64,000 nt of DNA, taken from assembly GCF_009914755.1 (NCBI RefSeq), contig NC_060947.1. The stretch is one strand, 5' to 3'. Source of the DNA: the human T2T-CHM13v2.0 reference genome, Homo sapiens. Made by a program: the position numbers and the translations under genes. The notes under the pieces were generated by a model. It was not told the DNA's origin, did not search any database, and saw only the letters and a list, made by a program, of their open reading frames with translations. Below are positions 13,773 through 25,430 of this stretch, in pieces (position 1 is the first letter of the stretch; each line of letters begins with the position of its first letter).

Positions 13773-14274
13773 TAAAGGAAACAAAAATATTTTTGTCCAA
13801 AATATTGGGGATTATTAAATTAAAGACATTTGAAAATGCAGGGGAACGCTCTGCCTCAGCATTAATATGACTACAGGTAGGACATAAATCTTTCTTTGCT
13901 GAAGACAGCACTTGCTTATCTGCCTAGAGAAGGCACTAGAAGCACCAGAGGAATCTGGAAACTGATTTTACTATATTTACACATTTTTCCACCATTTAAA
14001 AGACTGCAACTGCTATATTCTTTGTCTTCTCACTATGTAGGATTTATGGCTCTTTGTTAAAATACTATTTAATTAAGGCCCTTAAGCAGCCACTTTGAGA
14101 GAGAAATACTTTTGAACTGTGGCCTTTCTCATATGATGGGAATGATGGGATTAATAGCACGCATTAATCAACTTTACTTGTTTTTCTTTTATTAATTAGA
14201 CTTTTATTAATTTTCTTGTGTCTCGACTAAGGAGTCCAAAAAAGGAAAGGAAAGAAATTGTTTTCTCTCCTACA
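13773..14274 (+). mobile_element. ERV1 solo LTR (MER34-group-like)
   Basis: Starts taaaggaaacaaaaatattt...ccaaaatat, ends ttttctctcctaca; splits the host L1 with near-TSD tcaa/ccaa. Confidence 0.55.
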
Positions 14275-14658
14275 CCAACTAAATGTAACACATGAACTTA
14301 AATTGGATCTTTCTATTATTAAGGATATTACTGAGACAACTGATGAAACTTGAATGAAGTCTGACAATAAGATGACAGCAAAGTATCAGTTTTAATTTCC
14401 TGATTTCTATGCTTATATTGTGGTTATGTAGGAAAATGCCCTTGCTTGTAGAAATTTCACACTAACACATTCAGCAATAGTGAGGCATTATGTTGGTATT
14501 ATGTTGTAGGGTACTTGCAATGTTTTTATAAATTTATAATTATATATATTTTAAAAAAACTGAAATCAGAAACTGTCTCTTTCTCATTTTAGGGGAGCAA
14601 ACATTCTAAGTGCTGTTGATAAAGTGTTTGTCAGTAAGATAAGAAGTGTGAAAGATGG

Positions 14659-15108
14659 TGGCAGGCCTCTGAGCCCAAGCCAAGCCATCGCATCCCCTGT
14701 GACTTGCACTTATAAGCCCAGATGGCCTGAAGTAATGAAGAATCACAAAAGAAGTGAAAATGCCCTGCCCTGCCTTAACTGATGACATTCCACCACAAAA
14801 GAAGTGAAAATGGCCAGTCCTTGCCTTAAGTGATGACATTACCTTGTGAAAGTCCTTTTCCTGGCTCATCGTGGCTCAGAAAGCTCCCCAACTGAGCACC
14901 TTGGGACCTCCACTCCTGCCCGCCAGAGAACAAATCCCCTTTGACTGTAATTTTCCTTTATCTACCCAAATCCTATAAAACGGCCCCACCCTTATCTCCC
15001 TTCCCTGACTCTCTTTTCGGACTCAGCCCACCTGCACCCAGGTGATTAAAAGCTTTATTGCTCATACAAAGCCTGTTTGGTGGTCTCTCCACACAGACAC
15101 GAGTGAAA
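14659..15108 (+). mobile_element. LTR7 (HERV-H) solo LTR
   Basis: caggcctctgagcccaagccaagccatcgc...TATAAAA at ~14975...ATTAAA...gagtgaaa; perfect 5-bp TSD GATGG (14654-14658 / 15109-15113). Confidence 0.95.
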
Positions 15109-15431
15109 GATGGCTGCATACATCTGAGGTAATTTTGAAGCTTATGGCATCAAAATGCCGCTGGTGTTTATACATCTAGCTTTCCTGATTTGTATGTTGG
15201 ATGCCCAAATTGAAAATATATTACTGAGTCATGGCTATAGCAGTGTCATCAAGCTAAGTCGGACAGTTCAGGGTTTATCAATAGACTTTGATAAGTGGAA
15301 AAGATTTCAGGTAAGATCTAGAAAAAAATCTTGCCATGTGGCCATTTAAATTATATATATGTACAGCATTTTATTTTACATAAAATAATTTTCCTCATTC
15401 ATAACTTTTTTCTATAGAGAATTGGAAACCT

Positions 15432-15730
15432 GACCGGGTGCAATGGCTCACGCCTGTAATCCTAGCACTTTGGGAGGCTGAGGTGGATGGATCATGAGGT
15501 CAGAAATTCGAGACCAGGCTGGCCAACATAGTGAAACCCTGTCTCTACTAAAAATATAAAAATTAGCTGGGCGTGGTGTCACGTGCTTGTAGTCCCAGCT
15601 ACTCGGGAGGCTGAGGCAGGAGAATTGCTAACCCAGGAGGTGGAGGTTGCAGTGAGCCGAGACTGCACTACTGCACTCCAGCCTGGGTGACAGAGCTAGA
15701 CTCCATCTCAAAAAAAAAAAAAAAAAAAAA
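15432..15730 (+). mobile_element. AluS (Sg/Sc-like)
   Basis: Full Alu with A-tail; TSD agaattggaa. Confidence 0.95.
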
Positions 15731-16479
15731 GAATTGGAAGACTGTTAAACTGAAAACAGGAGGAGAACTGGTTACAGACCCAATAACAATAATTAGTATT
15801 TAGTATAGACATATTTTCTCAATATTTAAAAAGTATTTTTGAACATCTATGATTTTCTTACCCTTGAAATATTTTTGTTAAGAATGCCCATAAAATAGAA
15901 ACACAAATAAAATATTGTAAATGTTGAAATGAATTTTACCTTGCTGTACTCAAGTATCTTCTTTTTGTATATATCATTATATTCAGTTTTTATTTCTGTG
16001 GATGAATTTATCAACCTTTAATAAATGTTCCTGTTCATTGTATAGTCTTTTTATTAAGCCTTCCATTGAGTCCAGCATTTATTTACTTGTAAAATAGGGA
16101 GTAATTTCAGTGTTAATGGATTTGAATATGAATAAAAGGAATGATGCTTTCTCTTAAAGGAATCCACATAGAAGCAAGTCAAAACAAAAATCTATACACC
16201 AGGTTTTCCAATGAATAGGACTAATTGGTTGTTTAAAAGATAGATATCAATTAGGAAACATTATTTGTCTATACTTTCCTTGGCAACAAAATAAATTGCT
16301 ACTAATTATTTTTCACAATACTACAGTCTTTCTAAAGTACTCCCAATCATATATACATACAGTGCATTTCAGTAAAATAAAAAAAAAAAGAAATATATAT
16401 ACACACACATAGAAGCAGCCTCATTTTTGACAAAAGGTCACACAGTTCATCAATTATAGCTTACAAACAACTAGTCTAC

Positions 16480-18125
16480 TTAAAATATGTATTATTTTCC
16501 AGTCTGTGGCTTGTCTTTCACAGAGCACTTGTTAATTGCAATGAATTCCAACTGCATCATTTTTTTGTTTCCTGAATATGTCTCTAGAGACTTACTAGAG
16601 ACTATTGCTAAACCTAAGATCACCTAAACTTTCTCTTGTTACCTTCTAGAATGTTTAAAGTTTTTTTGTTTTGCATTCAGGTCTATGATACATTTCAAAT
16701 TAATTTTTATGCACAGTGTAAGGTCTGTGTCAGAAAAAGGGAATATTCCTTTTTATTAATTTCTAGGTTCACAGATGAGGCCATTATAAAAAAAAACACA
16801 TTATCCAGAGAAAAGCATACAAATATTTTGCCCTGCTTCTACGTCTTTTGTGCTTTCATACAAATTTGAAATCAATATGTTACAATCTATAAAATATCTT
16901 GCTTGGGTTTTGATTGGGATTACATTGAATCTACAGATTTAGTTGGGAAGAATTGGTATCTTGACAATATTGAGTCTTTCAACTGATGAACGCAGCATAT
17001 TTCTCCATTTATATATTAGTTGATAATTTTCATAAGGGTTTATAGTTTTACACATGTATATTCAATATACATTATGTTAGATTTATAGATAAGTATCACA
17101 TTTTCTGGATTCTATTGCAAATGATATTATTTTCTTCTAATTTTAAATTCAAATTTTTATTGGTGCTATATAGGAAATTAATTGACTTTTGGATATTAAC
17201 CTTATAACCTGTGACCTTGCTACACTTGCTTATTAATTACAAGAGTGAATTTATTGATTCTTTGAGATTTTCTGTGTCAGGTGGCCTGAAAATAAATACA
17301 GTTTTCTTTCTTTCTAATTCATATATATTTTATTATTGTTTCATTCCTTATTACAATGATGAGGACTTCTGGTAAAATGGTGAATAAGAATTTTGAAACC
17401 TGACATTTTAATTTTATTTCCAATCTTATAGAAAAAGTGTATAGTTTCTCACAATTAAATATTGTTAACTGGAGAATTTTTGTAATGGTTCCTCATAAAA
17501 TTGAAAAGTTCCCCTCTATTTCTGGTTTGTTGAATTTTTACCATTAATGGATGATGTATTTTGTCAAATGTTTTTCCAGTGTCAATTGAAATAATCATAT
17601 GATTTTTCTTGTTTAGTCTGTTAATGTAGTGGAATACATCAATTGATGTTTGAATGTTAAATAAGTGTTGCATACCTAAAATAAATGCCACTTGGTTTTA
17701 GCATATAATTCTTTTATATATTGTTAGATTTTATTTGCTAACATTTTGTTGAATATTTTTGTATCTTTGTTAATAAAATATGGGCCTATAGTTTTCTTTT
17801 CTTGTAATGTCTTTAACTGAGTTTGGTATTAATGTAATGCTGACCGCATGGAATGAGTGAGGAAGTATTCCCTCTGCTTCTATTTTCTTGCAGAGAGTGT
17901 GGAGGATTTGTATCATTTCTTTCTTAAGTGTTTGGTAGAATTCACTGGTAAAACCATCTGACCCCAGTAATTTCTTTTTTTGAATGGTGTTAATTAAAAA
18001 TTTATATTATTTAACCACTAGGGTTATTCAGGCTATTTCTCCGTGTGAGGGTTTTTGGTAGGATGTGTCTTTAAATGAATTGGTCAATTTTATCTAAATT
18101 ATCAGACTTAAGCCCATACAGTTTA
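16480..18125 (-). mobile_element. Old L1M ORF2 fragment
   Basis: ttgattgggattacattgaatctacagat...; ORF 17455-17691 translates to L1 RT-like 'HYINRLNKKNHMIISIDTGKTFDKIHHP'. Confidence 0.85.
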
Positions 18126-18272
18126 TGATGGTTACTGTTATGTGTCAGCTTGGCTAGGCTATAGTACTGAGATATTGGTTCAAACATTATTTTAGATGTT
18201 TCTGTGAATATTTTTAAAATGAGATTAACATTTAAATTGGTAGACTTTGAGTAAAGCAGATTATACTTCATG
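18126..18272 (+). mobile_element. MLT2 (ERVL) LTR 5' fragment
   Basis: tgatggttactgttatgtgtcagcttggctaggctatagtac...gtagactttgagtaaagcagatt. Confidence 0.75.
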
Positions 18273-18416
18273 TTTCTTTTTCAGATTTAGTTGATTTTAA
18301 TTGAAAATTTTAAGTGATCTTATTTTATCTCTTCTCTTAAAAAATCAAGTGAACTTTTTAGTTATTTCCCTGAAATTTAAAATATACATTTTTTAACTAA
18401 TCTAAATTCATCTTCA

Positions 18417-21332
18417 GTTTGTAGAGCAAGCTGGCCAACTAGACACAGACAGGAGAAACATCGGCTAATTCAGACAAAAACAAAGAAAAGTCAATGAAGA
18501 AGAATGAACAAAACCACTGAGAAATATGGGATTATGTAAAGAGACCAAATCTATGACTCATTGGTGTCCCTGAAAAAGAGAGCGAAACCAAGCAACTCAG
18601 AAAACATATTTCAGGATATTGTCCATGAAAATTTCCCCAACCTCTCTACAGATGCCAACATTCAAATTCAGAAAATGCAGAGAACTTCTATGACATACTA
18701 TCCCCAGGACACATAGTCATAAGATTCTCCAAGGTAAAAATGAAAGGAAAAAATATTAAAGACAGTTAGACAGAAGGGGCAAGTCACCTGCAAGGAGAAC
18801 CTTACCAGGCTAAGAGTTAAATTTTCAGCAGAAATCCTACAAGCCAGGAAAGACTGGGGGCTTATATTTAGCATTTGTAAAGAAAATAAATTCCAACCAA
18901 GAAATTCATATCTAGCCAAACTAAGCTTCATAAGTGAAAGAAAAATAAGATCCTTTTCAGACAAGCAAATAGTAAGGGAATTTGTTAACACCAGACCTGC
19001 CTTGCAAGAGGTCCTGAAGGAAGTGCTAGATATGGAAAGCAAGGATCCTCACCAGCCACTACAAAAACACACAAGTACATAGAGCATTGACACTATAAAG
19101 CAACCACACAATCAAGTCTGCCTAATAAAAACATTATGACAGGATCAAATCCATGCATATCAATACTAACCTTGAATGTAAATGGGCAAAATGCCCTGAT
19201 TCGAAGTCACAGAGTTGAAAGCTGGATAAAGAAGCAAGATCGGCATGGTGCCATGGCTTACGCCTGTAATCCTAGCACTTTGCGAGGCCGAAGCAGGTGG
19301 ATCCCCTGAGGTTGGGAGTTCAGGACTAACCTGACCAACGTGGAGAAAACCCGTCTCTACTAAAAATACAAAAGTATCCAGACATACCTGTAATCCCAGC
19401 TACTCAGGAGGCTGAGGCAGGAGAATCGCTTGAACCAGGGAGGCAGAAGTTGAGAGCTGAGATCGAGCCATTGCACTCCAGCTTGGGCAATGAGAGAAAT
19501 TTCATCTGAAAAAAAAAAAAAAAAAAAAAAGAAGCAAGACCCAATGGTATGCTGTCTTTAAGAGGTATATCTCACATGTAATGACACCCACAGACTCAAC
19601 ATAAAAAGATGGAGAAAAATATACCAAGAAAATGGAAAACAGTGAAAAGCAGAGGTTGCTATTACAATTTCAGACAAAATAAATGATAAACCAAAATAAA
19701 TAAATAAATAAAACAAAGAAGGGCATTACATAATGGTAAAAGGATTCAATTCAGTAATAAGAGCTAACTATCCTAAATATATATGCACCCAACACAGGAG
19801 CACCCAGATTCAAAAGCAAGTTCTTGGAGACCCATGAAGAAACTTAGATAAGCACACAATAATAGTGGGAGACTTCAATACCCCACTGACAATATTAGAC
19901 AAACCATTGAGGCAGAATACTAACAATGATATTCAGAATCTGAATTCAACAGTTGATCCAATGGACCCAATAGATATCTACAAAACTCTCCACCCCAAAA
20001 CAATACTAAGAAAATCACTTAAGACAATATAATTACCTGGAAATTAAAAACAACGTGCTCATGAACGACTTTTGGGTAAGCAATAAAATTAAGGAAGAAA
20101 TCAAGAAGTTCTTTGACACTAATGAGAACAAAGGTACAATATGCCAGAATCAACTTAAAATGAATTAAAGATCTAAATGTAAAACCAAAACTATAAAAAC
20201 CCTCGGAGATAAACTAAGAAATATCATTCTGAATATAAGATCTTGCAGAGATTTCATGATGAAGACTCCAAAAGCAATTGCAACAAAAATGAAAATTGAC
20301 AAATAAGACCTAATTAAAGAGCTTCTGCACAGCAAAAGAAACTATAATCGATGGAGTAATCAAATGATTTACAGAATGGGAGAACATATTTGCAAACTAT
20401 GCATCCAACAAAGGCCTAATATCCAAAATCTATAAGAAACTTAAACAAATTTACAAGCAAAAAAACAAACAACCCTATTAAAACTGGGGCAAAGGACAGG
20501 AACAGATAATTTTCAAAAGAAGACGTATGTATGGCCAACAAGCATATGAAAAAAATGCTCAACACCACTGATCATTAGAGAAATGCAAATCACAACCACA
20601 ATGGATACCATCTCACACCAGTCAGAATGGCTACAATTAAAAAGTAAAAATATAACAGATGCTTACAAAGTTGCAGAGAAAATGGAATACTTATACACAA
20701 CTGGCAGGAATGTAAATTAGTTTAGCTTTTGTGGAAAGCAGTTTAGCAATTTCTCAAAGAACTTAAAACAAAATTACCATTTGACCTAGCAATCCCATTA
20801 TTTGGTATATACAAAGGAATATAAATCATTCTACCATAAGGACACGTGCATATGATTATTATTCACAGGAATACTCACAATAGGAAAGGTATGGAGTCAA
20901 CCGAAATGCCCATCAACAGTCAATTGGATAAAGAAAATATGATACATATGCACTGTGGAATACTATACACTCATAAAGAAGAATGAAAATGTGTTCTTTG
21001 CAGCAACATAGATGGAGCTGGAGGCCATTATCTTAAGTGAACTAACACATGAATATAAAACCAAATGCCACATATTCTCACTTTTTACCTGGGAGCTAAA
21101 CATTGAGTACATATGGACGCAAAGAAGGGAGCAACAGACACTGGGTCCTACTTGAGGGTGGAAGATGGGAGGAAGGTGAGGATCAAAAGACTACCTATCA
21201 GGTACTGCACTTATTACCTGGGTGATGAAATTATCTGTGCACCAAACCCCCACCTCATGTAATTTGCCTATATAACAAACCTACACATGTACTGCTGAAA
21301 CTAAAAGTTAAATATCAGTAACATAAAAAAAG
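18417..21332 (+). mobile_element. L1PA13-16-like element with both termini and large internal deletions
   Basis: 5' tip gagcaagctggccaactagac, ORF1 C-terminal part, ORF2 EN region, jump at ~20150 to late ORF2, 3' UTR; TSD aattcatcttca / aattcaccttca (18405-18416 / 21333-21344). Confidence 0.85.
19240..19530 (+). mobile_element. AluS (Sp/Sq-like) inserted in L1
   Basis: Alu body plus long A tail; TSD aaagaagcaaga. Confidence 0.9.
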
Positions 21333-21872
21333 AATTCACCTTCAAATACCACTATATAGTGCTGCTTATTGACTATTTGTATAACATCTATTATGAAAAA
21401 GCTCTTTAAATATTTTGCCCATGTCTTTTTTATAAATTAAATAATATTAATGGATTTAAGTGTTTAATATATTACAGTTAGAACTCTATTATCATATATA
21501 TACACATATATGTGTATGTATATTTTTTACAATTATTTTCACTTAATTTTCCACGTATATTTCCTAAGACATCAATATAATTTAATGACCTAGAAAAAAT
21601 GATTCATTAAAGTGGGAAGAAGTTTAATGTTTTCAAGTGCGGATTGTTTAAACAAAAACAATGTTAGATCACTCTATGCATTTCTTATGTTATTTTTCAC
21701 ATATGAAGTGGTTGTCAATTGTTTCTAAATTAGGCATTTGGTGACCACGTGAATTAGACTGCATTTTAAGTGACTTGTTAACTAAACTGAAATTGTCTAA
21801 CTAGACTATATTTATATAAACAGATTCTGAGAGCTACAAGAGACTTCAAAAGACATTTTACCCAATAGTTTT

Positions 21873-22185
21873 TATTTTATTTTTATTATTTATTTATTTA
21901 TTTTTTGAGATGGAGTCTCGCTCTGTCGCCCAGGCTGGAGTGTAGTGGTGCGATCTCGGCTCACTGCAATCTCCGTCTCCTGGGTTCAAGGAATTCTCAG
22001 CTGGGATTACAGGTGCCCACCACCACACCCGGCTAATTTGTTTCTTTTTTTTTTTTTTTTGTATTTTTAGTAGAGACAGGGTTTCACCATCTTGGCCAGG
22101 CTGGTCTTGAACTCCTGACCTTGTGATCCACCCGCCTCGGCCTCCCAAAGTGCTGGGATTATAGGCATGAGCCACCACGTCCAGC
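21873..22185 (-). mobile_element. AluS with short internal deletion
   Basis: TSD ttacccaatagtttt (21858-21872 / 22186-22200). Confidence 0.95.
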
Positions 22186-22399
22186 TTACCCAATAGTTTT
22201 TAAACTCTGTGAGACTTCAGCATTTTATACTGTTCTAGTGGGCTAGGGAAAAGCCATGTGTGATAGCACTGAATCCTACATCTCCCACTTCAAACAGAGC
22301 AGCTCAACTTTTATTTGTTTCTGCGTATATTGGAGGGTTGTATAAGGTCTGATCAAAAATCGGAAGGCTTCTGCTGTTAAATTTTGAAAACCAACTTAC

Positions 22400-23432
22400 T
22401 TATGTTAATTGAGATATAAATCATATATAATATAACTAACCCTTTTAAATTGTACATTTAAGTGGCTTTTAGTATACCTACAAAGTTGTACAGCCATAAT
22501 CACAAGTTAATAGCAGAACACCTTTGTCATCCCAAAAAGAAACTCTTTACCCATTAGTAGTAAAGTAGGTGCCATTCTCACCCTCACCCAGACCCTGGCA
22601 ACAACTAATCTACTTTCTGTTTTTGTGGATTTGCCTATTCCAGTCATTTCATGAAAATTGCTAAATGGACTATAGCCTTTTGTGTCTAGATTATTTTACT
22701 TCTTATATTTTTATGTTTATTCTTATAGTAGCATTTATCAGTACTTCATTCCATTTTATCGTTGAGTAATATTCTATGGTTTGTATAATAAAATATTTTG
22801 TTTATCCATTCTTTAGATGGACATTTGGGTTATTTCCACTTTCTTGCTCTTATGAATAATGTGGCTATGAATAATTGTGTATAAAGATATTGGGTAAAAA
22901 TATATTTTCAATGCTCTTCGAATATAGCTTGGAGTACACTTGCTGGGCAATATGGTAACTTTATGTTTAACTTTTTCAGGAATTACCAAATTGTTTTCCA
23001 AAGTGGCTGCAAAATTTGCCATTTTCACTAGCAACATATGAGCATTCCAATGTCACCATATCTTCAAAAACAAATTATAATTTTTTTAATTAAACTCATT
23101 ATTATGGCTGTGAAGTTTTGCATTGTAGACTTGATTTGCATGCTCTTAATAACTAATGATATTAAGCTTATATTTTGGGCTTATTGGCCATTTGTATAGC
23201 TTATTTGAAGGAAAACACTTTGATTTTTTTATTGGATTGACTACTTATTGTTGAATTATACGTTCTCTATATATTCTGTATATCAGATCCTTATAAGACA
23301 TACGGTTTACAGATATGTTCTCCCTTTGTGTAGATTGTCTTTTTATTTTCTAGATGCTATTATTTGTAGTATAAATGGCTTTTACTTTAATAAAGCTTTA
23401 TTTATTTATTTTTTTATTTGGTTACTTGTGCT
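22400..23432 (-). mobile_element. L1MB-type 3' end
   Basis: ttaattgagatataa...ccctggcaacaactaatctactttctgt...gatggacatttgggttatttccac. Confidence 0.8.
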
Positions 23433-23944
23433 TTCACCAAACTATTCTGACTCTATAATTTTATGTAATAAGTAATTGATGCCAGAGTGATCTAATAAAG
23501 TTCATAATTCTAGTTAAGATTCTAATTAATTGTGACATAAAACTTGTACTATAAATTATTGAGCCCACATTTCAAGAAGGTTTTAAGACTTAACATACTT
23601 ATACACTTTCTAACACATAAGTGCTATTGAGAAAAAATTATCTGAACTATCGTGAAAGAGGGCCAAAGACACACAATCCTATGCGGAAGGCTGAAAAACT
23701 AAACTTAATTATTCCTAGACATATTGAACTATGGAAATTGTCATGTGCTATAATTATTATGTTTTAAAAGTTCAAGAAACTTTGTAAAATATCAAAATCA
23801 TATACATTATGCATATATATATATGAAGAAATTATATACATGCAGTTTTGGATATATGTGCAAAGGAGAAATTATATGATATGTACATATGCACATATAT
23901 TATATATATTTTTATATATTCATACTGCTTACAAACAATATATG

Positions 23945-24293
23945 CAGTTGGCCTTCTGTATGAGTGGGTTTTGCAGCCATGGGTTTCATGTCAGTGAATT
24001 CAACCAAATCAGAAAAACAAATATTCAGCAAAATACTCCCACAAAGTTCCAAAAAGCAGAAGTTGAATTTGCCACACTCTGAGTACTATCTTGGATCCAT
24101 GTGAATGACGTGATGTGTAGGCATTGTATTAGGTATTATAAGTAATCTAGAGATTATCTAAAGCATGTGAGAGGATGTGCATAGGTTATATGCAAATACT
24201 TCATCATTCTATATAAGGACTTGGGCATTCACAGATTTTATTACTTGAGGGCCACCTTAGCACCAATTATTCATAAATACCAAGGGACAACTG
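23945..24293. mobile_element. MER2/MER2B (TcMar-Tigger) element
   Basis: TIRs cagttggcctt / aagggacaactg; gtattaggtattataagtaatctagagat core. Confidence 0.8.
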
Positions 24294-24495
24294 GACATTT
24301 ATGATACAGAACACAAGATCATAAGTAGTTTTGAAATTGTATTGAATATTGAGCAAAAATAAAAATATGCATTCTATAAGCTCTGACTTTGTTGAGAAAT
24401 TTATAATCATAAGCTTACAAAGTTTATAGGCTCTAAGGAGTTACTATTCATTTCCTCCTTTTACAGTTGCCTCACAGAGTGCTTCTGTCCACAGC

Positions 24496-25430
24496 ATATA
24501 TTTATATATTATATTTATATATATTATTAAATATATACTTATATATTATATTTATATATATTATTAAATATATATTTATATATTATATTTATATATATTA
24601 TTAAATATATATTTATGTATTATATTTATATATATTATTAAATATATATTTATGTATTATATTTATATATATTATTAAATATATATTTATATATTATATT
24701 TATATATTATTAAATATATATTTATATATTATATTTATATATATTATTAAATATATATTTATATATTATATTTATATATATTATTAAATATATATTTATA
24801 TATTATATTTATATATTATTAAATATATATTTATATATTATATTTATATATTATTAAATATATATTTATATATTATATTTATATATTATTAAATATATAT
24901 TTATATATTATATTTATATATATTATTAAATATATATTTATATATTATATTTATATATATTATTAAATATATATTTATATATTATATTTATATATATTAT
25001 TAAATATATATTTATATATTATAGTTTATATATTATTAAATATATATTTATATATTATATTTTATATATTATTAAATATATATTTAAATATTATATTTTA
25101 TGTTATTAAATATATATTTCTATAGTATATTTTTATATGTTATTAAATATATATTTATATAGTATGTTTATATATATTATTAAATATATATTTATATAGT
25201 ATATTTTTATATGTTATTAAATATATATTTATATAGTATGTTTATATATATTATTAAATATATATTTATATAGTATATTTATATATTATATTTATATATT
25301 ATTAAATATGTATATATTATATTTATATATATCTTTATGTATGTATATATTATATTTATATATCGTTAAATATGTGCATATATATTATATTTATATATCG
25401 TTAAATACATATGTATATATTATATTTATA
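24496..25430. repeat. Almost pure-AT minisatellite, 37-bp unit (35-bp variants), TATATTATTAAATATATATTTATATATTATATTTATA
   Basis: Roughly 25 tandem units read directly; the last units gain C/G (tatcgttaaatatgtgca, tatcgttaaatacatatg). Confidence 0.95.

Larger units (their letters stand above)
12190..14560 (+). mobile_element. Old L1 (L1MC/L1MD) 3' region interrupted by two LTR insertions
   Basis: caagatgagcctggaacat, ggagccagtttgaaggagct, aagtaactttgcagtggagaaaactggcaga; resumes after 13659 and after 14274. Confidence 0.7.

Noticed and set aside
14606-14869. 87-aa ORF 'MSQEKDFHKVMS...'
   Set aside because: It is the antisense reading of LTR7, not an independent gene.
14648-15113. Apparent 11-bp TSD gtgaaagatgg around LTR7
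   Set aside because: The right-hand gtgaaa is the LTR's own terminus; the true TSD is the 5-bp GATGG.
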